Virus record (IMG/VR): IMGVR_UViG_3300020579_000026 | Location: 1 to 36,981 of that record | Reading direction: 5' to 3' (one strand) | Origin: a virus | Taxonomy: Duplodnaviria; Caudoviricetes | Length of the DNA: 36,981 nucleotides | Shown: positions 18,598 through 28,394 of the stretch, piece by piece | Numbering within the stretch: the first letter of the stretch is position 1 | Layout of the letters: every line of letters starts with the position of its first letter | Translations under genes and position numbers: made by a program | Notes under the pieces: model-generated | What the model saw: only the letters and a program-made list of their open reading frames with translations | The model's database searches: none | What the model was told of the DNA's origin: nothing

Positions 18598-20660
18598 CAC
18601 GCCCTCCCATCCGGCCGATAGCGATACCGCACCCGCCCCAGCCGATTGAACGATCCGAGATCGCTTCCCGAAGCGGTAATCGACATTTGCCGGCCGCGAA
18701 AGCCCACCGAGAGGAATTCCACCGAAGAATTGAACAGGTACGGCCCATAGGTCAAGGGGGTATCGGTCGGGTAATTGACCACGTTGAAGGTCAACTGGAT
18801 TTGCGCCCCTTGGCTTGCCGCATAGGTTCCGAGCTTGAAATCCGGGATGATCTGGTCGACGAAGAAGAAGTCCTCCCCTTCCCCGATCTCGAAATAACCC
18901 GTGGTCCACGACCAGTTGAGCGGCGAACCATCGGCGTCGTTGGTGGTTTCATGCTGATAGATGAACCCTTGCGAGGATGCCCCGATCGGGAAGCCGAGAA
19001 TCGTCTGGTCGATCCATGCGCTTCTTGCCAATTGCGAATTGCCGATGTTGATGTCCCATGGCGCGCCCGGTTCGGTGATGTTGAACTTGATGTGCGAATC
19101 GCATTCGCCCGAAGACGACGCGGTTGATGGAAACAGCCAGCCCACTTCATTGAACGGCGTATTGGGCATCGCCCGTACATTCTTGGTAAACGCCGTATTC
19201 AAATTCTGAAACACCGAATCCCACACCGGGCACGGCAGCACGGAAACGGCCCCGCCGGAATAGACGTAGAAATTGTTCGGCCCCCACCAGAACACCAAAC
19301 CGCGCAACTGCTGCGCCGCATGTGTCGAAACCGCGCCCGCCCCCGCGCCGATCTTGTTGAACCCGTAGACAAACGGCGGACCCTGGTAGGTCATCGCCCA
19401 GCAGTCCAGGTCGGTCCAGATGAGATTTTGATTCGGCGCCGCCATCCCGGCGACGATCTTCGAGCCGGTCGGAATGCGATAGCCGCCCGCTTGATTTATG
19501 GTCAATGGCACCCATGCGCTGCTGGAAAGAAAATCCCCGATGGTACACCATTTGATAAACAGCGGGTCTTGTGCGACGCCGATCGCTTCGGTGACCGTCG
19601 AACCCCACAGCACCACGATCTGCTGTGCCATCGAAACAAACATGCCGCCGTTGAAAATCGGCGCGGTGCGTACCAACGCCGCATTGGTAAACCCGGCGGT
19701 CGGATCGAACTGATAAAGCCCGCCGTTGATCGGACAAGCGAGAAGAATTTCGCCCCAGTTGTCCGAGGTATAATCGGTCGTGGTGATGGGCGTTCCACTC
19801 TGCGATGCCGGCGTCGCGCCGGTGCCGAACCCACCCGAACCAAAACCGCCCAAGCCAAACCCGGACCCCCCGGCCGGCGGGCCTAAATTGAGGTAGTAGA
19901 CAAGTTGCGCCCGTCCTGCATTCATCGCCGTGGTGCCGACCGCCGTCGCCTGCACGTTTGCCGTGATGGTGAAATCGTTGGCATCGGTGATGGTATTTGC
20001 CGCATAACTTCCTTGAACGCTCAATCCATTGAGCGAAGTCGTAATCGGAAACACCACGGTCGAACCGGCCGCAACGCCGTGTGCATCAATCTCGACGGAA
20101 ACCGTTGCCGAATTTGCCGAAGATGTGAAGATGGGCGTGTGCGCTGTCGTGGTTGTCGTCGCCGCAGCGAGCGCACATTGTATCTGATAGGCGTTCACCC
20201 CGGTAATCGCGGTGATGGGATAAAGCCCGGAGAGCACCACGCCAGCGCCATAAACCGGCGTATTCAAATAAATCGCGTCGAGGATCGTGACATTGGTCAC
20301 GTTGGCATCGGTAATACCGACCGTCGTCGAATTGGCGGTGAAGGAAAAATTCCCCGTGGCGGTAAAATTCGTCGTCAGGGTTTGCGGGGTGACGACGTTA
20401 AGCGTCCCCGAGGTGATGATCGCCAACTGCGTTGTGGCGCCGACGGCAAGGTGATTCACCTGATTCAAATCTTGCCAGGCGTGCATATCGCGCGGCGTGC
20501 CAGACACCGGATTCGCGTAGAACTTCTGAAACCCTCCCTGCTTTTGCACCAGCGAATCTTTGAAGCGAATTGCCTGCGAGGCAGCAAAAGACGCTTCCAG
20601 AAGCGTAGGAGTCCTTTCCGTGTTAACCCCCGGAATTAGCTTGACAGACCCAAACGGCAT
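18597..20660 (-). CDS. Tail nozzle / DNA-stabilisation protein (P22 gp10 / tail tubular B-like)
   Basis: VKLIPGVNTE, DNWGEILLA, PLFIKW, NQAGGYRI..GSKIV, IWTD, PCPVWD.VF and a terminal PDGR; position after the adaptor and collar genes. Confidence 0.75.
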   Translation of the reverse strand: MPFGSVKLIPGVNTERTPTLLEASFAASQAIRFKDSLVQKQGGFQKFYANPVSGTPRDMHAWQDLNQVNHLAVGATTQLAIITSGTLNVVTPQTLTTNFTATGNFSFTANSTTVGITDANVTNVTILDAIYLNTPVYGAGVVLSGLYPITAITGVNAYQIQCALAAATTTTTAHTPIFTSSANSATVSVEIDAHGVAAGSTVVFPITTSLNGLSVQGSYAANTITDANDFTITANVQATAVGTTAMNAGRAQLVYYLNLGPPAGGSGFGLGGFGSGGFGTGATPASQSGTPITTTDYTSDNWGEILLACPINGGLYQFDPTAGFTNAALVRTAPIFNGGMFVSMAQQIVVLWGSTVTEAIGVAQDPLFIKWCTIGDFLSSSAWVPLTINQAGGYRIPTGSKIVAGMAAPNQNLIWTDLDCWAMTYQGPPFVYGFNKIGAGAGAVSTHAAQQLRGLVFWWGPNNFYVYSGGAVSVLPCPVWDSVFQNLNTAFTKNVRAMPNTPFNEVGWLFPSTASSSGECDSHIKFNITEPGAPWDINIGNSQLARSAWIDQTILGFPIGASSQGFIYQHETTNDADGSPLNWSWTTGYFEIGEGEDFFFVDQIIPDFKLGTYAASQGAQIQLTFNVVNYPTDTPLTYGPYLFNSSVEFLSVGFRGRQMSITASGSDLGSFNRLGRVRYRYRPDGRA

Positions 20661-20664
20661 GGCT

Positions 20665-21672
20665 CTACGCCGCCCGCACCAGCCATATGCCGGTAACCTG
20701 AACTGGCGGCATATTCTGCGAATTGCCGTTACCTGTAGCGCCGGTAGTACCGCTGATGCTCACGCTCACAGTCGGCTGAATCTGCGCGAACGTACCGCCG
20801 GAACCCATCGGCGCCACGAACGCACTCGACGCCGGCACGACGGTATTGCCGCCGAGAAAATTTCCCCCAGGTCCGGTCCACTGCACGATGCCGGCCGAAT
20901 TGAGCGCCGGGGTGGTGCTGCCGGAAAAACTGTGACTGTGGCTCGTCTGCGATTGATCGCCTCCCGCGGCACCCAGGACCGCAGCATTGACATTACTGAT
21001 CGCGTTCGTGACCCGCAAACCTGAGGCATCGAGTGCCAACGGATAGCGTCCGCGCAAATCCGGCACTCCGAAGGTTGAACTCCCGTTGCCGCCGAAGGTC
21101 GCACCGAACTTCGCTCCCAAAAACGGATAGGTCGAAACGTTGTAGATAGAACCATCGCAGAGCAAATAGGGCGGCACCGTGCAGGCGCCAATCCACGGCG
21201 GCACGGCGGATATGCCGGAAAAATGTTCAATCGTCCCAACGCGCCCCCCAAGATTGCGAAACCGCATGTTGGTGCCATCGGAATAGACATCAACCGCTTC
21301 CCCATCGGGAATGCCGATTACTTCCCCGCCGCCGCCGTTCGTCAATTGCACATAGAAAGAACCGACGGTGCAGCGGTTTTCCGCCACGTAGATGCCGGGC
21401 CGCGGAAACGTGATGACACAATTCCCGCTCAGACTTCCGGTAAATCTGATTATCGCATTTTGCGATTGCGTTGGTCCCGCCGATGGTGTGGCGGTAAACC
21501 CTGCCGGCACTGAAAGCGTGACATTGGCGTTGGTCAGCGATTGGGCAAATACCCCGCCAAACATACCGTCGGTGGCATTCATATTGCCGTTCACCGGCAC
21601 ATCCCAAGTGCCGCTATCGGACCCGCGCGTGGGAACCGCCAATCCAACGTTTGAAGTCAGGGGGTCCGCCAA
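20665..21672 (-). CDS. Tail fibre with phage tail-collar domain
   Basis: YLLCDGS.Y....YP.L....G..FGGNGSSTFGVPDLRGR and a terminal NMPP; TTG start with AGGAG RBS. Confidence 0.88.
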   Translation of the reverse strand: MADPLTSNVGLAVPTRGSDSGTWDVPVNGNMNATDGMFGGVFAQSLTNANVTLSVPAGFTATPSAGPTQSQNAIIRFTGSLSGNCVITFPRPGIYVAENRCTVGSFYVQLTNGGGGEVIGIPDGEAVDVYSDGTNMRFRNLGGRVGTIEHFSGISAVPPWIGACTVPPYLLCDGSIYNVSTYPFLGAKFGATFGGNGSSTFGVPDLRGRYPLALDASGLRVTNAISNVNAAVLGAAGGDQSQTSHSHSFSGSTTPALNSAGIVQWTGPGGNFLGGNTVVPASSAFVAPMGSGGTFAQIQPTVSVSISGTTGATGNGNSQNMPPVQVTGIWLVRAA

Positions 21673-21687
21673 TGCTTTCTCCTATTA

Positions 21688-22395
21688 TCAGTTTCGCGGC
21701 GGCGTTGCCAGCGGCGCAGGCTCTTTGCTCGACCATCCTTGCGATGTCAATTTCTTCCGCATTTCCTCGACTTGGGCGGATTGTTTGAGCGATTGATAAT
21801 GCGCTTCCCAACTCTGAGCGGCCCTTGGATCGTCGCTCATCGCCCCGAAGTTTTTCTGATATCCAGCGCCGAAAACCAATGATGCTGCCATGAACAAATC
21901 CGGCAGCATAGTCGACAGAACGGTAGTCGTATTGCTGGCGGACAATGGTGCCGGTCGTTGTGTGCCTATTACGGTGATAAAATAGGCTTGGTCCGGGGCA
22001 GGAACAATCTGAATGATCGTACTGTTGAATGGCGACCAATATCGCGGCACACCTGAGGCTGCTGGAGTGTAGTCGGTGAACAACGCATGCAAACACTCAC
22101 TGCTGACCGCTGTCAGTGGAGTAGTATTATTTGCTGTGCCGGCCGGCGTACCGACCAAAACTTCTTCTACAACCACAAACTTTCCAAAAAGCGTCGGCAG
22201 TGTGAAACCGCGGCTATTCGGCGTCGCGTTTCCGACATCGGAAACGCGCTCTGCCAATAAATCCAGTTCGCGATAGATACGCTGTTCGGCGTCATCGATG
22301 ATCGAAGGCAATACGGCAACAAACCGCGGGTCGCCCGAGGGAACGACCAACATTTGCGCCAACGTATTGACGTAGGTGGTGTAAGTGAGGCTCAT
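21688..22395 (-). CDS. Head-tail adaptor-type virion protein
   Basis: LTYTTY, IIDDAEQRIYRELDL, G.PRYW, P.PDQAY and PDLFMAASL. Confidence 0.7.
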   Translation of the reverse strand: MSLTYTTYVNTLAQMLVVPSGDPRFVAVLPSIIDDAEQRIYRELDLLAERVSDVGNATPNSRGFTLPTLFGKFVVVEEVLVGTPAGTANNTTPLTAVSSECLHALFTDYTPAASGVPRYWSPFNSTIIQIVPAPDQAYFITVIGTQRPAPLSASNTTTVLSTMLPDLFMAASLVFGAGYQKNFGAMSDDPRAAQSWEAHYQSLKQSAQVEEMRKKLTSQGWSSKEPAPLATPPRN

Positions 22396-22619
22396 GGTTC
22401 CGGCTTGGCCTTGTTGTTACATTCATCACGTTCTTTGGTGACGCCAGCCAGTTCATCAGTCAATTCATTGATCCTTACCACAAAGGCACCGAGTTGGCGT
22501 CGATAGTTGGCTACTTCCGCTTCCAACAGTTGAATCGTGACTTGTTCGGCGCTCGGCCTGAGAGGCGCAGAAGCAGGAATGGAGGGGGGTGATGACTGCA
22601 TGTTCGACACTTTCACCAT
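22392..22619 (-). CDS. Small coiled-coil protein (possible fibre chaperone)
   Basis: Heptad pattern; overlaps both neighbours. Confidence 0.55.
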   Translation of the reverse strand: MVKVSNMQSSPPSIPASAPLRPSAEQVTIQLLEAEVANYRRQLGAFVVRINELTDELAGVTKERDECNNKAKPEP

Positions 22620-24073
22620 GCGGGAATTTTCCGCGTTGTTCCGTTATCGTCGATAGAAATCCATTTTGTGGGATTGCCAGATGCCGGCGCGTTGGTCAAT
22701 GTCCCTGTATTGCTTGAAGCGCCGTTGTTGAGCGTGGTCTTTGTGCGGATCAGAAAACTTGCATCGCTACTGTAAATATCGGTCGCAAAAATTCCGCCGG
22801 CCCCGGGATCAGCGGGCGCCGCACCCACGCCGAGGCCACCGCTGGCGAAAATTAGCATGGCTTGAGCCACAGTAATTGAGCCGGTGGGCGTCGTATTAAA
22901 TGCAATAAACGTGCCCTGATGCCCAGACGACCAATTCTCCGCACTCTCAATCACAATAGATGCGGCAGGCTGGAAGCCGCCATTGTACCCATAGGCGCGC
23001 ATATTCCACAACGCGCGATTGGTAAGTGTTGCAGTCGGGGTGGCCGACGTTCCTTCCGCAAGAGCGCCAGATAAGATATTTCCCACGGCGTTGCCGTTGG
23101 TATAGGTGACGCTCTCCCATCCGCTACTGATACCGTCTGCGGCCTGCCAGCGCTGGAGCGATGTTGAAGACGCTAGAGAAGGTGAGGATGATGTGTTCGC
23201 ATTAACATCGATATTGGTCTTTGGCGATGTGTTGAGCAGGCCCAGTCGACCTGCACCAGTAAGAACCACATTCGGAAAATTAAGGATATTGCCGGTGACC
23301 GTGACGTTTGCAAGGTTTGCAAAGTTTGCGACGGTGATCGCCGCATCGGAACGAAAGAAGTTTCCGGCGGTGTCGAGCGGCACCTGTCCTGCGCCGTAGA
23401 AATTACTGCTGACGAGCATCAAATCTTTGAACCCTGCCGGACTTCCGTAGAGGTCGGTCTGAGCGTTGACGACGAATGCGGCGTCGACAAGCGAGCCCTG
23501 CACCGTCCCCTGAGTGTTGGCGCTGTAGGCGACGCGGCGGGTGATGGTCGCGCCCGTGGCGCCGAGAGCTTCCGCCTCGTTGGCGATGACCCACGGCACC
23601 GTCCCCGATGCGCCGACGTTGATAAACGAGAGAAACCCGTACAAAGCGCCGCTGCCGGTCCCCAGACCTCCTAATGTCCTGTTGGCGTAGACGGCCGACG
23701 ACATGGCCGCGATCGAGGCAACGTCCCCTCCCGCGACTGCAGAAACAGTGAGTCCGTTATGCAAACTGTTTCCCTGAGCGGTGTAGGTAAAGCGCGTTCC
23801 GTACACTTGGCCGGTCAACCAACCAAACGCATCGAGTACGCTACCCGTGGCGTTTGTGCCTAAATCCACAAGCGTAACCAAGTTAAGGGCCACTGGTCCA
23901 GGAACCGTGGCAGCATTCACAGTCCTACTGATTATAGAACCAACCGCAGAAGCCGGAACACCTGCTGAAACACCATTTTGCAAAACATAAAAAGTATCCG
24001 TCAGATTGAGCGGAGTAACAGCGGCAGGCACTCCGGCTACATACTGATTGAATGGTGTTACGGCACCAGTCAT
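22613..24073 (-). CDS. Tail fibre/spike-type virion protein
   Basis: G/A/S/T/N-rich, with GRLGLLNTSP and a C-terminal NPTKWISIDDNGTTRKIPAW. Confidence 0.7.
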   Translation of the reverse strand: MTGAVTPFNQYVAGVPAAVTPLNLTDTFYVLQNGVSAGVPASAVGSIISRTVNAATVPGPVALNLVTLVDLGTNATGSVLDAFGWLTGQVYGTRFTYTAQGNSLHNGLTVSAVAGGDVASIAAMSSAVYANRTLGGLGTGSGALYGFLSFINVGASGTVPWVIANEAEALGATGATITRRVAYSANTQGTVQGSLVDAAFVVNAQTDLYGSPAGFKDLMLVSSNFYGAGQVPLDTAGNFFRSDAAITVANFANLANVTVTGNILNFPNVVLTGAGRLGLLNTSPKTNIDVNANTSSSPSLASSTSLQRWQAADGISSGWESVTYTNGNAVGNILSGALAEGTSATPTATLTNRALWNMRAYGYNGGFQPAASIVIESAENWSSGHQGTFIAFNTTPTGSITVAQAMLIFASGGLGVGAAPADPGAGGIFATDIYSSDASFLIRTKTTLNNGASSNTGTLTNAPASGNPTKWISIDDNGTTRKIPAW

Positions 24074-24408
24074 GGCGTCAATATCCTACCGTTCTCAGCG
24101 ACCAGGAGTGAACCAGATTCGGTCGTTAGCGACGATCCTTCTTCATCGATCGAATAGATTTCCGGCCGCGCGTTCATGATTGATGGCGGATCGGCCGGCA
24201 GAATGAGCGTGCCGAGTTGGCGTTGCGGTTCATCCAAATAGTCGGTTAGCACAAGCTGGCGTTTGTTAACAAGATTCGTCCCCGCCCATTCATACTGCCA
24301 TTGCAAATCATCAATATTCCCAACAAATCCCGTGCGGTCACAAGTTGCCCATGCGCGAGGGGAATCGGGGTCGGTGACGGTATGCTTCGGATGTGGGCGC
24401 CAGGACAT
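24070..24408 (-). CDS. Small neck/tail-associated protein
   Basis: AWATCDRTGF...L..QYEW.G...D.PQ.....DP..I.NARP pattern; follows the tail tubular A-like gene. Confidence 0.65.
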   Translation of the reverse strand: MSWRPHPKHTVTDPDSPRAWATCDRTGFVGNIDDLQWQYEWAGTNLVNKRQLVLTDYLDEPQRQLGTLILPADPPSIMNARPEIYSIDEEGSSLTTESGSLLVAENGRILTP

Positions 24409-24414
24409 TCTGCC

Positions 24415-25137
24415 CTACCTCGGATAATACGCGAGCACATTCGGCGAAAATTTCATCGGCACGTTCTGGGTATCCTGAGTCGAGGCTATCGAGAAAGCCT
24501 TTTCGGCGTCCTCTCCCCGCTGTTTTTCGAAGGTGATGCGATCCACCATCGGGGCGCCCTGCGGGGGATAAATCTTCGCCAATCGGCCGGCGAGCCCAGC
24601 CACGATGGCGTCGTTCCAGCGCCACGGCACGTTCGGGGTTTCACCACCCGCAAAATTGGCGTCTTGAATCTGGATGTACGAATAGAAATCCCATGTGTAA
24701 GGACCATTACCATCAGGAACGGGCCAAAATGTAATATTCGGCGCTATTTGACGGTCGAAAAAATACACGGTCGGCGGCCCTGGCGTCTGTTGGTTTGCAT
24801 ACGTTATATATTCCGAATACGAAATTGGCGTGATATATCGTCGCGATTCATTCGCCTGCCCGAAGTTGAGCACGATCGATGAATCAAGAATCATGATGGT
24901 GTTGGCGTTGACCGAATAAGTCGCAGTTCCCTGCGTCAGAGTGGTCTGCGTCCGCGCCAGCGTCCAGAGCGTGACGCCGCGGTTACTCCATTCGGAAAAC
25001 ATCAGGTTTGTTTCGCGTCGCGCCGACGACATATGCTCAGCACGAATTGCAGGCGAGCGAACGTCAACGCGCTCGTAAGCGGCAAGCACAATCTCGCCAT
25101 TTGAAGGCGAGAATGTAAACGTCCCTGAACTCGCCAT
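24415..25137 (-). CDS. Tail tubular protein A / head-tail connector (P22 gp4-like position)
   Basis: SSGTFTF, AYER, SARR..NLMFSEWSNRGVTLW, WPVPD and AIVAGLA. Confidence 0.75.
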   Translation of the reverse strand: MASSGTFTFSPSNGEIVLAAYERVDVRSPAIRAEHMSSARRETNLMFSEWSNRGVTLWTLARTQTTLTQGTATYSVNANTIMILDSSIVLNFGQANESRRYITPISYSEYITYANQQTPGPPTVYFFDRQIAPNITFWPVPDGNGPYTWDFYSYIQIQDANFAGGETPNVPWRWNDAIVAGLAGRLAKIYPPQGAPMVDRITFEKQRGEDAEKAFSIASTQDTQNVPMKFSPNVLAYYPR

Positions 25138-25149
25138 TTTATTTGTTTT

Positions 25150-25830
25150 CTACCGGCGCCGCCGCGCCTGAATAACGCCATAAACGCTCGCAGTCGACGT
25201 GGTAAATTGCACATTAGTCACAAGAAACGCCGTGCCCGCTGCTGCGAATAGCATTTGACCAATGCCAGATGGGCAGCCCATATCACTTCCACCTGTTAAT
25301 CCCGCACCCAATGAAATCTGATTAAGTTGGCCGGTTATAGCAGCAGGTAGCGCGTTCGATGTCGAGTTTACCCCCGTTTGAATTTCTTTGACCACGGTCA
25401 AGGTTGGAATAGTAACAAAAACAGTTCCCCATACGTCATAATCTCCGGCTGCGAGTGGGATTGAAATAACGCTGGTTGCCGTATTGTTGGCAAGCGCAAA
25501 AGCTGACCCAGAGGCAAGCGAACTTGATATATATTCACCAATATTACCCGGCACCGCTGCGGTGTTCGAGGCAATGCCGCGAATCTGCCCTATGGTGGCG
25601 GTTGCCGCAGGCCCAGGCGCGATCCCACCAATCGACGCAACGGTTATATTGGTTGTTCCCGCGGCGCTTGACAGATCGCCGCCGAAGGCCGGCAGGAATG
25701 AGGTGCCAAGCGTCGTCGTACCGTTGATCTTGGTAACCGTCGGATTGGGAAAAATCCCGGATAAATCACCTCCCGCAGCAGAACCGGACCCAAGCGGGGG
25801 TGTGGTATTTGTGCCGGTTGCGTCAGCCAC
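25150..25830 (-). CDS. Virion structural protein (fibre-like)
   Basis: AGGDLSGIFPNPTV, GNIGEYISS and LAAGDYDVWG; GTG start. Confidence 0.7.
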   Translation of the reverse strand: MADATGTNTTPPLGSGSAAGGDLSGIFPNPTVTKINGTTTLGTSFLPAFGGDLSSAAGTTNITVASIGGIAPGPAATATIGQIRGIASNTAAVPGNIGEYISSSLASGSAFALANNTATSVISIPLAAGDYDVWGTVFVTIPTLTVVKEIQTGVNSTSNALPAAITGQLNQISLGAGLTGGSDMGCPSGIGQMLFAAAGTAFLVTNVQFTTSTASVYGVIQARRRR

Positions 25831-25831
25831 G

Positions 25832-26458
25832 TCACGGGCTCCCGAGTCCTGCTTCGATCGCGGTTGCGCGCACCGTCCCGGTTCCCGAATTGATCAACAG
25901 GCGCCACGCGAAGATCGGATCGTTCGACGCGCCGTCGAGATTCGATGTGGTTGAAACGAGGGTCGGATGATTAAACGCCTGCGCGGTCGTGACCGCCGAA
26001 GGTAAATTGTTTGGATCGTCATAAGTATACTGGATCGACCAATTGGCCGAACCTGTCTGAATCGCAATGCCGTAGGCGATATTGACCGGCGCGGCGTTGG
26101 AATTGACGATCTGCCACAGCGAGGCCCCCACCCCGTTCGTGCCGATCGAAATTGTCCCGGCGGTCGTCGCCAGCGTTGAAATACGAACCAGACCCTTGTA
26201 ATCGAGCACCGAATTTACCGTCCCGGTATTCGGCCCGGTGATATTCTCCGTGATCGTCGCGTTGTTGGCGTTGAGCCCGACGATGGTGAAGGTGTTGCTC
26301 GATTCGTTGCCAGCGACCGTGAACGTAATGCGCCGCTGCGCATCGAGCGTCGTCGTCGCCAAAGTGAAATTGCCGGGAGCAATCGTCCCGACCGCGTTGA
26401 CCACCAAAGTGTTCGACGCGGCGAGAAGGCCATAAGTGACGACTTGCGGAGGCGCCAT
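25832..26458 (-). CDS. Virion structural protein, Thr/Asn-rich beta protein
   Basis: RRITFT..GNES..TFTIVG......TENITGPN and WSIQYTYDDP. Confidence 0.7.
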   Translation of the reverse strand: MAPPQVVTYGLLAASNTLVVNAVGTIAPGNFTLATTTLDAQRRITFTVAGNESSNTFTIVGLNANNATITENITGPNTGTVNSVLDYKGLVRISTLATTAGTISIGTNGVGASLWQIVNSNAAPVNIAYGIAIQTGSANWSIQYTYDDPNNLPSAVTTAQAFNHPTLVSTTSNLDGASNDPIFAWRLLINSGTGTVRATAIEAGLGSP

Positions 26459-26474
26459 GCGCGGCCCTTATCTT

Positions 26475-26717
26475 TCAGTGGCGCGGCGCCTTGTCCATTC
26501 TGTGACGAACCGAGCCGCCGTCGATCTTGCCGATCTCGGGAAATTTCTTATGCACTTTGGCCCGCACCTTGGCTTTCAGCGCCGCCGTTCCGAATTGACT
26601 CACACGAGAGAGTGCGTTGCGCGCGTGACTCTTATCAGGAATCGGGTAGCTCCGATCAGGCCCCGCAAATGTCGAGGTCGACAGCGCGTTTCGTTTTTTC
26701 GCCGTCAGCTTCGCCAT
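26475..26717 (-). CDS. Small basic protein (DUF6582-like)
   Basis: LTAKKRNAL..STFA.P.RSYPIPDKSHARNALSRV. Confidence 0.7.
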   Translation of the reverse strand: MAKLTAKKRNALSTSTFAGPDRSYPIPDKSHARNALSRVSQFGTAALKAKVRAKVHKKFPEIGKIDGGSVRHRMDKAPRH

Positions 26718-26720
26718 CGC

Positions 26721-27089
26721 CTAGCTCGACATGCCACCTTCCTGCTCGCGCGGCTTCTCGGACGAACCCGAACGCGCGTGATGCGCCGAAGTCAATGGCG
26801 ACGTATCGGAACCGACACGCCCACCTGACTTGCGTCCCGGCCGGTCGAGCCGCGGGCGCACCGCGCCGCCGGTCATGAGGCCCACAGTCTTCGTCACCGG
26901 ACCGCCTTTGGCGCGATGATGTTTCTTGTGCTTGCCGACCTTGCCGCCCTTCTTGTGTTCTTCGGCTTCCTTGATCACGTTCGGGTTGCCCGAGGCCACC
27001 ATGTGCTTCTCGTGGCCTTCCCCGCCGTGCTCCGCACCGCCGCCACGCGCCTTGTGCTTGCCGTGGTGTTTCTTGTGATGCTTGGCCAT
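26721..27089 (-). CDS. His/Lys-rich basic low-complexity protein
   Basis: AGGAGG RBS; MAKHHKKHHGKHK start and seven GG motifs. Confidence 0.75.
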   Translation of the reverse strand: MAKHHKKHHGKHKARGGGAEHGGEGHEKHMVASGNPNVIKEAEEHKKGGKVGKHKKHHRAKGGPVTKTVGLMTGGAVRPRLDRPGRKSGGRVGSDTSPLTSAHHARSGSSEKPREQEGGMSS

Positions 27090-27101
27090 GGGACCTCCTT
27101 A

Positions 27102-28394
27102 TCAGGTCGTGGAGTTGGCAACGCCAAAGAAAGGCGCAGTGTTGTTTGGTGTCGCGGCAACCAGATTCCAGACCGCCAAGTCCTGAATGATGCCGAGCTT
27201 CGCCGTCCCGGTCGACAGCGGAGCGGCAAGAGAGGTTGCCAGCGCGCCTGCGGTCGAAACCTGCACGGTGCCGCGCACGTCACCGGTCGTATTGGTGGCG
27301 GGCGAAGTCGTCACCGCCGACGAATAGCCGTTGGCGTTCGTCATGGCCGCGTTGTTCCAGTAGACCTCTGTCTGTGACCAATCGTCGGACCGAATCGGCA
27401 TCCCAAACGTGTCGCCGATACCAACCGAATAAGTATTGCCCGTGGTCGGGATCGTCTGCTGAACGACCTGAAGATATTTGAACGCCTTCTTGCCGAATGT
27501 CACCGTCGCCGAAGTAGTAGCAGGCGACGTGATCAATTCCGTCATCAACGAGCCGCGCCAATCGTATCCGGTGACGAGAAAACCGATCGCCGTCGCCGTG
27601 CCTCCGGTCGTGAGCGAGACGGAAATATTGCGCGTGACGTTCTCGCGCGGATTATGCAGACGCAGCAGACCGGCCTGAAGAACTTTCGCGTGTGCGGTCG
27701 CAGCAGGCGCGCCTGGCCCAAACTGTGTTGCGGGTGGCAGCAAACCCGAACCGAACAGATTCGCCTGACCGATAGGCGCATTGCCCAAGGTTGCAAGCGG
27801 CACGCCCGGCCCGACCGTGACGCCGGTCGTATTTGCTGTCGCGATCGACTGGACTTGCGTAATCAACGAGGCGGTGTTGGCCGAATTGCCGACGTTGCCG
27901 ATGATGATCCACTGGCCGAGAGACAACTGCGTGTTGTCGGCGCAGTTGACCGTCGATGAATTCGCCGTGGTGGTTCCGGTGGTAAACCCGAAGTCGAGCG
28001 CGATGACGTTGGTGACGGTGGTGGTGCCCAGCGGAATGATCGGCACCGCGACCGCGATCGACGGATTGCCCGCGTTCGCCCCCGCCACGCCCACTGTCGC
28101 GAGCGCCATCGAAGCGTTGGCGGTGAGAAGCGACGCCTGCACCGCAGCAACGACGTTCGTGGCGGTCGCCTGCGGTTTGTTGTCGACGGTCCAGAATGTC
28201 GTGTGCAGATAGCCAGGCACGCGACCCGGTAATGCCCCATCCTTGGCAAACGGAAGTCCGGCAGGATCGGCAAGCGCCCATCCCTGATAGGACACAGACG
28301 GGCCGTCCATCGGTTCGATGGTGGCCGCCGTTCCGGCCTGCAACTCCAACGACCCCATGTTGCCGAGCGGGCCGCGGTGAAGGGTTTCAACCAT
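27102..28394 (-). CDS. Thr/Ala/Gly-rich virion protein (possible decoration or minor capsid protein)
   Basis: ATG at 28394 with AGGAGG RBS; VTGYD..G..MTE.I, GKKAFKY, VG.GD.FG.P and TTGDVRGT. Confidence 0.75.
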   Translation of the reverse strand: MVETLHRGPLGNMGSLELQAGTAATIEPMDGPSVSYQGWALADPAGLPFAKDGALPGRVPGYLHTTFWTVDNKPQATATNVVAAVQASLLTANASMALATVGVAGANAGNPSIAVAVPIIPLGTTTVTNVIALDFGFTTGTTTANSSTVNCADNTQLSLGQWIIIGNVGNSANTASLITQVQSIATANTTGVTVGPGVPLATLGNAPIGQANLFGSGLLPPATQFGPGAPAATAHAKVLQAGLLRLHNPRENVTRNISVSLTTGGTATAIGFLVTGYDWRGSLMTELITSPATTSATVTFGKKAFKYLQVVQQTIPTTGNTYSVGIGDTFGMPIRSDDWSQTEVYWNNAAMTNANGYSSAVTTSPATNTTGDVRGTVQVSTAGALATSLAAPLSTGTAKLGIIQDLAVWNLVAATPNNTAPFFGVANSTT

